Assembly: GCA_964482225.1 (NCBI GenBank)
Contig: CAYZWT010000021.1
Span: forward strand, 486-64,485
Length of the DNA: 64,000 nucleotides
Origin: an uncultured Anaerolineales bacterium
Lineage (GTDB): Bacteria; Chloroflexota; Anaerolineae; UBA1429
Direction of reading: 5' to 3'
Part shown: one piece after another, positions 42,955-52,929 of the stretch
Layout: every line of letters begins with the position of its first letter
Numbering within the stretch: the first letter of the stretch is position 1
Notes under the pieces: generated by a model
Database searches by the model: none
What the model saw: only the letters and a program-made list of their open reading frames with translations
Told to the model about the DNA's origin: nothing
Translations under genes and position numbers: made by a program

Positions 42955-43764
42955 ATGAAGACGAGAGTGTGGTTGGGGATCGCAGTGTTGGTGGTGGTGG
43001 CGCTGGCCGCCATTGGGGTAAGCTCGGCGGATACGCTGTTCGGGCGGCAGGCCACGGGGCCCGGCCCCGAGGAGGCGGTGGAGGCGTTCTACAACGCCTA
43101 CCTGGCCTACGCAGAGTCGGCCAACCCGATGGTGGATCGCGCCTACCGCGAGATGCCCGGGCTGAGCGCGGCCTACGTGGCCGAGATGGACGCCCTGTTC
43201 GACAGCGGGCCGGTCTACTATGACCCGTTCCTCTGCGCCCAGGACGTGCCAATGAGCGTATCGGTGGGCGAGCCCGCGATCCAGGGGCAGCGCGCCACGG
43301 TCGAACTGGCCAGCGTCTGGTACGGCAACCCGATGGCCTCGCTGCTGACGGTGGAGCTGGCTCTGCATGAGGGCGCCTGGGAGATCACGGGCATCGGCTG
43401 CAACCCGGGGGCCCAGCGGCCCCTGGGCGCGGGCGAGACGGTGACGGCGTTCTACGCCATCTATCTGGAGCGGGCCGCGCGCGAGAACCCGCTGGTGAGC
43501 GGCAGCTATGCGCACATGCCCTTCCTCTCCGCCGAGTTTGTGGCCAGCGTGGGCGAGGCCCTGGCCGGGATGCAGGGCGGCGGGTTCGACCCGATCCTGC
43601 ACGCCCAGGACGTGCCCATGTGGGTGGCGGTGGAGGCGGAGCAGGTGGAGGGCGACCGCGCCCTGGTGACGGCGGCCAGCAGCTTTGAGGGCCACCGGCT
43701 CGAGATCGAGCTGGCGCGGCGCAACGGCGCCTGGGAGATCCTGACGGTCTCGCGCGCCCAATAG
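42955..43764 (+). CDS. Secreted/membrane-anchored protein with two DUF3828 (YbjP/YqhG)-like repeats
   Basis: N-terminal hydrophobic helix; two ~110 aa repeats V.AFY..YL...DP.L.AQDVPM...GAWEI. Confidence 0.7.
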   Translation: MKTRVWLGIAVLVVVALAAIGVSSADTLFGRQATGPGPEEAVEAFYNAYLAYAESANPMVDRAYREMPGLSAAYVAEMDALFDSGPVYYDPFLCAQDVPMSVSVGEPAIQGQRATVELASVWYGNPMASLLTVELALHEGAWEITGIGCNPGAQRPLGAGETVTAFYAIYLERAARENPLVSGSYAHMPFLSAEFVASVGEALAGMQGGGFDPILHAQDVPMWVAVEAEQVEGDRALVTAASSFEGHRLEIELARRNGAWEILTVSRAQ

Positions 43765-43789
43765 CGCGGGCCAACAACCGGCGCGACAC

Positions 43790-43819
43790 GGGGGGCTTGC
43801 TTCGGCAGGCCCCCCTTTT
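43790..43819 (+). terminator. Intrinsic terminator
   Basis: GGGGGGCTTGC-TTCG-GCAGGCCCCCC-TTTT. Confidence 0.8.
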
Positions 43820-44007
43820 GCATGGAGGGCGGGCATCTCGCTCGCCTTGTATGCTTGCGCAAGCGCACGAGCCAGAGTTGGGCTCTGCTGCGCCTTGACG
43901 ACGAGACGGCCAGCAGCCACAATGCACCCAACAAGCAGCAAGCCTTGACGATCACGCCAGCACCCAGCATCTATGGTCCGTCGTCCACCATCCAAGGAGC
44001 CTGCCCC

Positions 44008-46497
44008 ATGACGCAACCCATTGCCCCTGACGATTTCCCCGAGATCCGCTGGCGCGGCCACTGGATCTGGCTGCCCGAAGAGCCCGTCGAGCCTCAAGGC
44101 TTTTGGTCGGCGGGGACGAACCCGCAGGCCGCCGAGAGCCACGGCCTCTTTCGCAAGACCTTTGCGCTAGAGAGCCTGCCCGCGCGGGCGCCGGCGCGCA
44201 TCACCGCCGACTCGCGCTACCTCCTCCTGGTCAACGGGCACGAGGTGGGGCGCGGCCCCATCCGCAGCCAGCCCCGCCGCCTGCACTATGACATGTACGA
44301 CCTGGCGCCCTACTTGCAGGTTGGCGCGAACGTGGTGGCGGTCTATGTGCGCTACTATGGGCAGGCCAACTCTTATTGGATGCCCGCCATCCCCAACAAC
44401 ACCCTGGGCACACGCGGCGTGCTGGCGTTCGAGGCAGATCTCTCGGAGGTGTGGGGCGCCGATGAATGGCTGGTGAGCGACGAGACCTGGCGGGCCCACA
44501 AGGCCGCGGCCTGGCAGCCGGGCGGCTCTGGGCGCCATCACGGCGTGCCTGTGGATCTCTACGATGCGCGGCTCTTTGACAACCGCTGGATCGAGGCTGA
44601 CTATCCGGATGGCGCCTGGGGCGCGGCGCAGCGCGTGCCCGCCTGCCACATCGGCGGCTTTGCCCGCACCCAGCCGCCCACCGATCCCTACGGCCCCCTC
44701 TATCCCCGGCCCATTGCCCAGTTGGGCGGCGAGACGCGCACCCCCCAGAGCATTCAGGTCGAGACGCTGGCGGGCGCCGTGGATACCGACCAGACCAGCC
44801 CCATTGCCCGGGTGCAGGCGGCCCTGGGGCTGCCCGTGGCCGGGGCGCGGGCGGCGACGCTACCCCTGGAGATGGACATTCCCGCAGGCGGCGCCGTGCG
44901 GCTGGGCGTGGATATGGGGCGCATCGTCTCGGGCCAGGTCGAGTTTGCAGTGACCGCGCCCGCCGGAACGATGCTGGAACTCTCGTTTACCGAGGACCCG
45001 CTGCAGGCCACCTTCACCATGGATCGTATGACCGCCGGCCTGCGCTATACCGCCAGGGGCTCGGACGACCGCTTTCGCCTGTTCGATTCCAACGGCCTGC
45101 GCTACATCTATCTGCTGATCCACGGAGGCCAGGGGCCCGTGACGCTGCAACACCTGGGCGTGCGCGAGCTGCTCTACCCCTGGCAGGCGGGCGCATCGTT
45201 CACATGCAGCGACGAGGAGCTAAACCGCATCTGGGCCGCCGGGCTGCGCACCGTGCAGCTCAACAGCCACGATGCGTTCATTGATTGCCCCACCCGCGAG
45301 CAGCGCGCCTGGGTGGGCGATGGCGTCGTCCACCAGATGGTGCACCTGGCCGCCAACTGCGACTGGCGGCTGGCGGCCCATTTCTGCACCCTGGGCAACT
45401 CACCCCGCTCCGATGGCATCCTGCCCATGACCGTGGCGGGCGATATCGAGATGAGCGGCATCCACACCATCCCCGATTGGTCGCTGCACTGGGTGCACGG
45501 CGTGTACAACCTGTACTGCTTTATGGGCGCGCGCGAGCTGATCCAGGGCTTGCTGCCCACCATCGAGCGCATCCTGCGCTGGTACGCCCCCTATCAGACG
45601 GCGGGCGGCGCGCTCAAGGATGTGCCCGAGTGGAATCTGGTGGACTGGTCCAGCGTTTCGACCGAGGACCAGGCCGCCACGCTGACGGCGCTCTGGGCCA
45701 GGGGCCTGCGCGAGTATGCCGAGCTGGCGGGCTGGCTGGGCAACCAGGGCAGCCAGCGCTGGGCCGAGGAGCGCTATGAGCGGGCGCGCGCCGGGTTCGA
45801 GATCTTTTGGGATGGCTCGCGCGGCTCCTATGTGGACCACGTGGTGGGCGGCGAACAGCGCCCCGAGATGAGCCAACTGGCCGGGGCGCTGGCCATCGCT
45901 TCGCTGCTGGCGCCCCGCGAGCGCTGGGCCCAAATCGTCGCAACCATCACCGACCCCGCGCGCCTGGTGATGCGCGCCTGGACGGGCGACAACCAGGGCG
46001 GCCAATCCATGGACAAGTGGATGGCCCAGGTGCGCCAGGGGCTCTATGAGATCGATTGGGACGTGCACAACCAGGTCGTGCTGGCCCAGCCCTTTATGAG
46101 CTATGTGGTGCACGACGCTGTGGCCCTGGCAGACTGCGCCGGGCGCCTGCCCGATCTCTTCCGGCGCTGGTCCCAGTTTCTGGCCGATGGCTATGACACC
46201 ATCGGCGAGTGCTGGGATTACGGCACCCATGTCCACGGCTGGAGCTGCACGCCCACGCGAGACATGGTGTTCTACACCCTGGGGGTCACACCCAACGAGC
46301 CGGGCTATGCCGTGGCGCGCATCGCGCCCCGCCTGGGGCCCCTGGCCTGGGCCAGGGGCAGCGTGCCCACGCCCCACGGCCTGATCACGGTGGAGGCCCG
46401 CCCCGATGGGGTGAGCATCGAATCGCCCGTGCCGGTGCTGCTAGAGCTGGAGGGCCAGGCGCCCCGCCGGTTGGCGGCGGGACGGCACGTCATATAG
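44008..46497 (+). CDS. GH78 alpha-L-rhamnosidase-family protein
   Basis: FRKTF, ITADSRY.L.VNG, WLVSDETW, DCPTREQRAWVGD, HGWS, PTPHG. Confidence 0.9.
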   Translation: MTQPIAPDDFPEIRWRGHWIWLPEEPVEPQGFWSAGTNPQAAESHGLFRKTFALESLPARAPARITADSRYLLLVNGHEVGRGPIRSQPRRLHYDMYDLAPYLQVGANVVAVYVRYYGQANSYWMPAIPNNTLGTRGVLAFEADLSEVWGADEWLVSDETWRAHKAAAWQPGGSGRHHGVPVDLYDARLFDNRWIEADYPDGAWGAAQRVPACHIGGFARTQPPTDPYGPLYPRPIAQLGGETRTPQSIQVETLAGAVDTDQTSPIARVQAALGLPVAGARAATLPLEMDIPAGGAVRLGVDMGRIVSGQVEFAVTAPAGTMLELSFTEDPLQATFTMDRMTAGLRYTARGSDDRFRLFDSNGLRYIYLLIHGGQGPVTLQHLGVRELLYPWQAGASFTCSDEELNRIWAAGLRTVQLNSHDAFIDCPTREQRAWVGDGVVHQMVHLAANCDWRLAAHFCTLGNSPRSDGILPMTVAGDIEMSGIHTIPDWSLHWVHGVYNLYCFMGARELIQGLLPTIERILRWYAPYQTAGGALKDVPEWNLVDWSSVSTEDQAATLTALWARGLREYAELAGWLGNQGSQRWAEERYERARAGFEIFWDGSRGSYVDHVVGGEQRPEMSQLAGALAIASLLAPRERWAQIVATITDPARLVMRAWTGDNQGGQSMDKWMAQVRQGLYEIDWDVHNQVVLAQPFMSYVVHDAVALADCAGRLPDLFRRWSQFLADGYDTIGECWDYGTHVHGWSCTPTRDMVFYTLGVTPNEPGYAVARIAPRLGPLAWARGSVPTPHGLITVEARPDGVSIESPVPVLLELEGQAPRRLAAGRHVI

Positions 46498-46515
46498 CAG
46501 CGCGCACGACCGGCT

Positions 46516-46538
46516 GGAGCGCGGGCGTCCCGCCCGCG
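46516..46538 (+). repeat. GGAG-type REP-like hairpin
   Basis: GGAGCGCGGGCG-TCC-CGCCCGCG; related hairpins at 46885-46917 and 62324-62348. Confidence 0.55.
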
Positions 46539-46602
46539 ACCGGCCAAAGGCCGGCAACTGGACGCCATACGATCAGAGCGCCGAGACAGAGGAGTGGCCC
46601 CA

Positions 46603-46809
46603 GTGTCAGAGTTGATCTTGCTCGTAAGAGGCGCCGCCGGGGGCGGCTATGTGGCCCGCGCCCTGGGCCACCCTATCTTTACAGAAGCCGACTCGTGGGA
46701 GGAGCTTGTCGAGGCCGTCCGCGACGCCGTGCGCTGCCATTTCGAGGATGCAGTCCAGCCGGAAATGGTCGGACTGCATGGCGTTCGTGAAGAGGCCGTG
46801 GCTCTGTAG
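46603..46809 (+). CDS. Small HicB-like antitoxin-fold protein
   Basis: GGYVARALGHPIFTEADSWEEL...VRDAVRCHF; AGGAG RBS before GTG. Confidence 0.7.
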   Translation: MSELILLVRGAAGGGYVARALGHPIFTEADSWEELVEAVRDAVRCHFEDAVQPEMVGLHGVREEAVAL

Positions 46810-46884
46810 AGCAAGCCTTCTGGTCAACGAGGTCGTAACGAGGGAGCCCGCCCTGCATGATGGGCGACTCGTCGTCGGCAGAGA

Positions 46885-46917
46885 ACCTGAGGGCGGGCGT
46901 GTCGCCCGTCCTCAGGT
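46885..46917. terminator. REP-like hairpin between convergent genes
   Basis: ACCTGAGGGCGGGCG-TGT-CGCCCGTCCTCAGGT. Confidence 0.6.
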
Positions 46918-46937
46918 GTTTTGGCGTACAGACCCCT

Positions 46938-48122
46938 CTACGACGCCCTATACGGCAGCCCGCCCAGGTTGCCGTGGATGTTGCACAGCCAGCCGGCGAT
47001 CCAGCCCTGGCGCGCGCCATAGCGCACATAGATCCAGCCATCGGGGCCGCGCGCCAGCACAGGCACCGTGACGCCCGCCGGGATCACCGCCATCGGCGTC
47101 GAGCCCAGGCTGGGGGCCGGGCGAAAGTTCAGGGCATAGCGCGTGGTGGCCGTCACCGAGACGGGCGGCGGCGGGGGCGGCGTGCCCACCTGCGGGATAT
47201 TGAGCACTTGGCCGGGATAAAGCAGGCTGGCGTTAGAGATCTGCGGGTTGGCCCGCAGCAGATCGGCCACCGTCACCTGGCAGGTGCGGGCGATCTGGTA
47301 GAGCCAGTCGCCGGGGCGCACGGTGTAGCGCGAACCGCAGGGCGAGGTGGTCGGCGGCGCGCCGCCTTCCACGCGAAAGGCGGGCGACGTCCCCTGCTGC
47401 CCTCCCGCCGCGGCCATCACCACCCACAGGCTGCCCGCCGCCGCGCTCCCCGGCATGGTCACCGTGGTCCAGAGCTGGCCGCTGGCGTTGGCAGCCACAG
47501 TGTGCGAGTGTACCGCCGCGCCGCCCTGCGGGGCCACGCTAACGGCCACCTGGGCATAGGGGCCAAAGCCCCAGGCGTGCACCTGGACCACGGCGCCGGC
47601 CGGGCCGCTGGTGGGCGAGATCGAGACGCCCACCGGCGTCGGCTGGATGACCGGCTCCCACCAGAAAGCGGCCACCGCCTCGCCCTGATACTCGAAATAC
47701 TCGATCACAAACGTGTGCAGCCCGGCGGCGAGCTGTATCTCGGCCATGCGCTCGGTCACCGCATGTTGGACCCAGTCGTCAATCACGAGTTGGTTGTTCA
47801 CCCGCACGCGCATGCCGTCGTCACTGCGGGTGCGCAGCCGGTACGTTCCGGCGGGCAAGCTAAAGGAACCGGTCCAGCGAGCGGAAAAGAAATCGCTCTG
47901 GATGGCAGGATCGGGGGAGCCCGCGCCCCAGTTGTGGTTGATGGCCGACTCGATGCGTTGAACGGCCGGCGCGCCCGCCAGGTCAATGCCGTTCCAGTAC
48001 TGGGCCAGCCAGGAGCCCGAGGGCGCCTGCTGGAGAGGCGCGGCCAGGGCGCGGGGGGACGCAGGGAGCAGCAACGCCAGGGCCAACAACAGGATCACGG
48101 CCGTGCGATAGATGCGCACCAT
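46938..48122 (-). CDS. Secreted PA14 + LysM + SH3b domain protein
   Basis: Signal peptide; PA14 (INHNWGAGSP, FSARW, SDDG.R, EYFE); LysM (YTVRPGDWLYQIA...NP.I.N...LYPGQVL.IP); SH3b (LNFRPAPS...GWIAG). Confidence 0.88.
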   Translation of the reverse strand: MVRIYRTAVILLLALALLLPASPRALAAPLQQAPSGSWLAQYWNGIDLAGAPAVQRIESAINHNWGAGSPDPAIQSDFFSARWTGSFSLPAGTYRLRTRSDDGMRVRVNNQLVIDDWVQHAVTERMAEIQLAAGLHTFVIEYFEYQGEAVAAFWWEPVIQPTPVGVSISPTSGPAGAVVQVHAWGFGPYAQVAVSVAPQGGAAVHSHTVAANASGQLWTTVTMPGSAAAGSLWVVMAAAGGQQGTSPAFRVEGGAPPTTSPCGSRYTVRPGDWLYQIARTCQVTVADLLRANPQISNASLLYPGQVLNIPQVGTPPPPPPVSVTATTRYALNFRPAPSLGSTPMAVIPAGVTVPVLARGPDGWIYVRYGARQGWIAGWLCNIHGNLGGLPYRAS

Positions 48123-48193
48123 GTTCCATCTCCCTTGTGTACACCACGGCGTCAGGCGCCGTGACGGCAGCATCGTCAACCTTTGTACAACGA

Positions 48194-48222
48194 TTGTAGC
48201 AGATCGGCGCTTGCGATTCAAG
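48194..48222 (-). promoter_or_regulatory. Putative sigma70 promoter for the LysM gene
   Basis: Minus strand TTGAAT-17 nt-TACAAT with TG extension. Confidence 0.55.
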
Positions 48223-48348
48223 GCGTCTGGCGAGGCGGTTTGGCGAATCGAACCGAACGCAGATGCTAGCCAATGATTTGACCGCCCCCCTGTTCTGGGA
48301 CACAATCAACCACAGCAGAGGATTGCTCATATGTGGTAGGAGAAGCCA

Positions 48349-49095
48349 ATGTACAAACTTGTTTTGGTGCGGCACGGGCAGAGCGCCTGGAACCTGGAGA
48401 ACCGTTTCACCGGCTGGGTGGACGTGGATTTGACCGACACGGGCCGCGAAGAGGCCCGCAAGGGCGGGCAACTCTTGCGTGAGGAGGGCTATACCTTTGA
48501 CATCGCCTATACCTCGGTGCTCAAGCGCGCCATCCGCACCCTCTGGCTTGTGTTGGACGAGATGGACCTGATGTGGCTGCCCGTCGTGCGCGACTGGCGC
48601 CTGAACGAGCGCCACTATGGCGCGCTACAGGGATTGGACAAGGCCGAGACCGCCGAGCGCCACGGCGACGAGCAGGTGCACATCTGGCGGCGCAGCTATG
48701 ACATCCCGCCGCCGCCCATGGACGACGAGCATCCCTTCTCGCAGGCCCATGATCGGCGCTATGCGGCGTTGACGCCGGAGGAGATGCCGCGCACCGAGGC
48801 CCTCAAGCAGACGGTGGAGCGCATGTTGCCCTACTGGCACAACACCATCGCCCCCCAGGTGCGCGCCGGCAAGCGCGTCCTGATCGCGGCCCACGGCAAC
48901 AGCCTGCGCGCCCTGGTCATGTACCTGGACAATATCTCCGAGGCCGCGATCCCCGAGCTAAACATCCCCACGGGCATCCCGCTGGTGTACGAGCTGGACG
49001 AGGACCTCAAGCCGATCCGCAGCTACTACCTGGGCGATCCCGAGGCGGCGGCCAAGGCTGCCGAGGCGGTGGCCAACCAGGCCAAGCGCAAGTAA
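48349..49095 (+). CDS. gpmA: 2,3-bisphosphoglycerate-dependent phosphoglycerate mutase
   Basis: [40 protein letters not shown]. Confidence 0.97.
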   Translation: MYKLVLVRHGQSAWNLENRFTGWVDVDLTDTGREEARKGGQLLREEGYTFDIAYTSVLKRAIRTLWLVLDEMDLMWLPVVRDWRLNERHYGALQGLDKAETAERHGDEQVHIWRRSYDIPPPPMDDEHPFSQAHDRRYAALTPEEMPRTEALKQTVERMLPYWHNTIAPQVRAGKRVLIAAHGNSLRALVMYLDNISEAAIPELNIPTGIPLVYELDEDLKPIRSYYLGDPEAAAKAAEAVANQAKRK

Positions 49096-49111
49096 CGACC
49101 CGCCTGATGCC

Positions 49112-49146
49112 AGAGCGCCCCTCTCACGCGAGAGGGGCGCTCTTTT
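49112..49146. terminator. Terminator between convergent gpmA and the Pfk-like gene
   Basis: AGAGCGCCCCTCTC-ACGC-GAGAGGGGCGCTCT-TTT. Confidence 0.8.
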
Positions 49147-50128
49147 ACTGCGCCAAGATCGCCGCCAGCTCCAGATAGGCTGGGTCCAGCGGCCGTCGCC
49201 GCGCCAGCGCCTCGGCCAGCGGCGTCTGCACGGGGCTCTCCCCCTCCAGACCCACCATCACGTCACGCCGCCCCTCGGCCAGGGCGCGCACCGCCGCCGC
49301 CCCCAGGCGCGTCGCCAGAAAACGATCCTTGGCCGTGGGTGGGCCGCCGCGCTGCACACGCCCCAGCACCGTCAGGTATACCGTAAAGCCGATCTCCTCC
49401 TGACGTTCGCTCAGATGGGCGTGAATGGCGTGGGCGTCGGGCGTGGCCCCCTCGGCGACGACAATCACGCAATGCCCCTTGCCGCGCGCCTGGGCCACGG
49501 CCACCTGGCGGGCGATCTGCTCCAGGGTCATCGGCGCCTCCGCAATGCAGGTCACCTCGGCGCCGCCCGCGATGCCCGCCATCAGGGGCAGATAGCCAGA
49601 GCGCTCGCCCCCCACCTCGACCACAAAGGCTTGCTGCTGCGCCAGTGCCGTATCCTGAATGCGGTCCAGGCTCTCCATCGCCGTATTCAGCGCCGTATCC
49701 ACGCCAATGGCGACATCTGTGCCCAACAGCTCGTTCTCGATGCTGGCGGGAACGCCCACCGTGGGCACGCCCGCCTCATCCAGTGAGTGCGCAAGGGCCA
49801 TGCCCGCTCGTCCGCCGATGATCACCAGGGCCTCGATGCCTCTCGCGCGCAGGCTTGCCACGGCGCTCTGTAACACGCCAGGCTCATCCAGCATACGGCA
49901 GGAGGACGTCCCCAGAAATGTGCCGCCCACCTCGATGATATGGCTCACCGAGCGCGAGTCCAGCGCCACGAGATCGCCCCGCAGGAGGCCCTCGATGCCG
50001 CGACGCACGCCCCACACCGCCCAGCCCTGGTGCAGCGCCATGCGCACGGCGCTGCGGATGGCCGCGTTCATGCCTGGGCCGTCGTTATCGCCGGTCAACA
50101 CTGCCAGATTGCGAATCTCGTTGGCCAT
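49145..50128 (-). CDS. 6-phosphofructokinase (PfkA)-family protein with degenerate active site
   Basis: [35 protein letters not shown] identify the fold; catalytic motifs altered (see findings). Confidence 0.85.
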   Translation of the reverse strand: MANEIRNLAVLTGDNDGPGMNAAIRSAVRMALHQGWAVWGVRRGIEGLLRGDLVALDSRSVSHIIEVGGTFLGTSSCRMLDEPGVLQSAVASLRARGIEALVIIGGRAGMALAHSLDEAGVPTVGVPASIENELLGTDVAIGVDTALNTAMESLDRIQDTALAQQQAFVVEVGGERSGYLPLMAGIAGGAEVTCIAEAPMTLEQIARQVAVAQARGKGHCVIVVAEGATPDAHAIHAHLSERQEEIGFTVYLTVLGRVQRGGPPTAKDRFLATRLGAAAVRALAEGRRDVMVGLEGESPVQTPLAEALARRRPLDPAYLELAAILAQ

Positions 50129-50150
50129 GCCGGGTCTACCTCTGTTGGGG

Positions 50151-51326
50151 CTATTTGTCGTCCAAGGCGGCCACGCCGGGCAGCTCGCGGCCCTCGAGGA
50201 ACTCGAGGGAGGCGCCGCCGCCCGTGGAGATGTGGGTGATGGCGTCGGCCACGCCCGCTTGCTCCACAGCCGAGGCCGAGTCGCCCCCGCCGATGATGGT
50301 GATGGCCTGAGAAGCGGCCAGGGCCTTGGCCACGGCAAAGGTGCCCTGGGCAAAGGGCGCCAGCTCGAACACGCCCATCGGGCCGTTCCAGATCACCGTG
50401 CCCGCCCCGGCGACGATCTCGGAGAACAGAGCGACGGTGCGCGGGCCGATATCCAGGATGCGCCAGCCGGGCTCGACGGCGTCGGGCGTCACCACGCTGG
50501 TCTGGGCCTCGGCGCTAAAAGCATCGGCCGCCACGGCATCCACCGGCAGCGCCAGTTTTTCGCCCGCGCGGGCCATCAGGTCGCGGGCCGTCTCGACAGA
50601 GCCTTCCTCGACCAACGAGTCGCCCATCTCCCAGCCCTTGGCCCGGAAGAAGGTGTTGGCCATGCCCCCGCCGATCAGGATCCGGTCGGCGATGGCGAGC
50701 AGGTTCTCGATGACGCCGATCTTGTCCGAGATCTTGGCCCCGCCCAGGATCACAACCAGGGGGCGCTTGGGGCTGCTCAGGGCCGTGCCCAGCACCTCGA
50801 TCTCGCGGCCCATGAGCAGGCCCGCCGCCGAGGGAAGGAATGCTGCCACGCCCGCCGTCGAGGCGTGGGCCCGGTGGGCTGCGCCAAAGGCGTCGTTGAC
50901 ATACAGCTCGGCCAGGTCGGCCAGTTTGCGGCTCAGCTCGGGGTCGTTGGCCTCATCGCCGGGCTCAAAGCGGGTGTTTTCCAGCAGGAGCACGTCGCCC
51001 GGCTGCATGGCCGCCGCCGCCTCGCTCACCGCCGGGCCTACCACCTCGCCCACCTGGCGCACCTCGCGCCCCAGCAGCTCGGTCAAGCGGCGGGCGATGG
51101 GGTCCAGCCGCAGCTTGTCCACCGGCTTGCCCTTGGGGCGCCCCAGGTGCGAGCAAAGGATCACAGCGGCGCCCTGCTCTAGCAGGTAGCGAATGGTGGG
51201 CAGCGCGGCCTGGATGCGCAAGTCATCGGTGATGTGGCCCGCATCATCCAAAGGCACGTTGAAATCGCAACGCACCAACACGCGCTTGTTCTTGACCGCG
51301 ATATCGTACACGGTTTTCTTGTTCAT
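50151..51326 (-). CDS. pgk: Phosphoglycerate kinase
   Basis: [63 protein letters not shown]. Confidence 0.98.
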   Translation of the reverse strand: MNKKTVYDIAVKNKRVLVRCDFNVPLDDAGHITDDLRIQAALPTIRYLLEQGAAVILCSHLGRPKGKPVDKLRLDPIARRLTELLGREVRQVGEVVGPAVSEAAAAMQPGDVLLLENTRFEPGDEANDPELSRKLADLAELYVNDAFGAAHRAHASTAGVAAFLPSAAGLLMGREIEVLGTALSSPKRPLVVILGGAKISDKIGVIENLLAIADRILIGGGMANTFFRAKGWEMGDSLVEEGSVETARDLMARAGEKLALPVDAVAADAFSAEAQTSVVTPDAVEPGWRILDIGPRTVALFSEIVAGAGTVIWNGPMGVFELAPFAQGTFAVAKALAASQAITIIGGGDSASAVEQAGVADAITHISTGGGASLEFLEGRELPGVAALDDK

Positions 51327-51548
51327 CTCGTCGCTCCTCATCTGCTAATGTGCCTCGCAGGGTCATTCTAGCATATCGAACCCCCCGCGCAAACCGTATG
51401 ATAGCCCGCCCCACGCCCGCAGCTACTCCGAGAATAGGGGCTCTGTGGGCACCCACGGGGGAGCGGCCTGCGCATGTGCTCTGGCCCGAGTTGAAGCTCT
51501 GCCCCAGGCGCGCTAGAATGGCGCCAATCACAAGATCGAGAGGTGAAC

Positions 51549-52577
51549 ATGCCGGACAAGATGCGCGCCGTGTTGGTAGGCTGTGGCGGGATCACGCGGG
51601 CCTGGCTGCCGCCCATCCAGGCCATGGGCTCGGTCGAGATCGTGGGGCTGGTGGATATCGTGCTGGAGAACGCCCGGGCGAGGGCCCAAGAGTTTGCGCT
51701 GGAGGGCGCCCTGATCGGCGATGACTTGGACGCCATGCTGGCCCAGACCAAGCCCGAGGTGGTGTTCAACTGCACCATCCCCGAAGCCCATGCGCCGGTG
51801 ACCCTGACGGCCCTGGCCCACGGCTGTCACGTACTGACTGAAAAGCCCTTGGCCGATACCCTGGCCAACGCACAGCAGATGATCGCCGCCGCCCAGGCTG
51901 CCGGGCGCATCCTGGCCGTAATCCAGAACCGGCGCTACGACGCCAACATCCGTCGTCTGCGCCACCTGGTGGAGAGCGAGGCCGTGGGTCCCTTGACCAC
52001 GGCGCACTGCGATTTCCTGCTGGGGGCCCACTTTGGCGGGTTCCGCGACCACATGCCCCACGTGTTGCTGCTGGATATGGCGATCCACACCTTTGACGCC
52101 GCGCGCCTGATCACCGGCGCCGACCCCGTCTCGGTCTATTGCCACGAGTGGAACCCGGCCGGCTCCTGGTACGACCGCGATGCCTCGGCAGTGGCGATCT
52201 TTGAGATGGGGAATGGCCTGGTGTACACCTATCGGGGCAGTTGGTGCGCCGAAGGGCTGAACACCACCTGGGAAAGCGACTGGCGCCTGATCGGCCAGCG
52301 CGGCAGCATCCACTGGGATGGCGCCACAGAGATCGTGGCCGAGAGGGTGGCCGCGCCAGGCGGCCTGCGCTGGGAGATGGCGCCCGTGGACGTGCCTGCG
52401 TTCGATCCGGGCGACAAGGTGGGCGCCCACGGCGGCGTGATCCGCGAGTTCGTCCGTTGCGTACGCACGGGCGAGACCCCAGAGACGGCAGCTACAGACA
52501 ACATCAAGAGCCTGGCGATGGTGTTGGGTGCCATCGAGAGCGCCGAAACCAAGCGGCCCGTGAGGATCACCTGGTAG
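51549..52577 (+). CDS. Gfo/Idh/MocA family oxidoreductase
   Basis: VGCGGI, TEKP, QNRRY, DMAIHTFD. Confidence 0.9.
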   Translation: MPDKMRAVLVGCGGITRAWLPPIQAMGSVEIVGLVDIVLENARARAQEFALEGALIGDDLDAMLAQTKPEVVFNCTIPEAHAPVTLTALAHGCHVLTEKPLADTLANAQQMIAAAQAAGRILAVIQNRRYDANIRRLRHLVESEAVGPLTTAHCDFLLGAHFGGFRDHMPHVLLLDMAIHTFDAARLITGADPVSVYCHEWNPAGSWYDRDASAVAIFEMGNGLVYTYRGSWCAEGLNTTWESDWRLIGQRGSIHWDGATEIVAERVAAPGGLRWEMAPVDVPAFDPGDKVGAHGGVIREFVRCVRTGETPETAATDNIKSLAMVLGAIESAETKRPVRITW

Positions 52578-52649
52578 CGCAGAAGAAGGGCGGAGGGCAA
52601 TCGCACTTGATCGCTGTGCCGCGATACTGTTGTTGATTGCGCTTTTATA

Positions 52650-52783
52650 GCCCTCACCCCCACGGCCGCAACGCGCAACAAGCGCATGTATGCGCCCGCA
52701 TCCGAGCCCCCTCTCCCACAACGTTGTGGGAGAGGGGGGAGGCGAAACTCGCCTCAGAGGCGAGTTTCGCTGGGGGTGAGGGC
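52650..52783 (+). repeat. Dispersed palindromic multi-hairpin repeat, copy 2
   Basis: Same outer stem and the same two conserved inner arms as 9793-9914. Confidence 0.8.
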
Positions 52784-52929
52784 TTTCGAGGCCGCAAGAA
52801 CAGGGCCGACAGCATATCCATCTTGCCGGGTTGTCCTCTCTCTCAAGCTGTGTGGTTGCCCCTCCCCGGCCGTTATGCTAGACTGGCGCCATCTGAACGA
52901 CACGCCCTTTGGGGCGATGGGAGGCAAGC

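Noticed and set aside
42844-44142. 432-aa minus-strand ORF, and similar long antisense ORFs at 12507, 20540, 36053, 49659 and 59241
   Set aside because: They overlap well-supported genes on the opposite strand and have low-information, shadow-like composition
46810-46885. DUF433-like fragment (VVTREPALHDGRLVV) after the HicB-like gene
   Set aside because: Too short, no start or RBS, and the similarity is not convincing by eye
48123-48190. c-di-AMP or c-di-GMP riboswitch upstream of the LysM gene
   Set aside because: The predicted 5' UTR is only about 65 nt and lacks the consensus motifs
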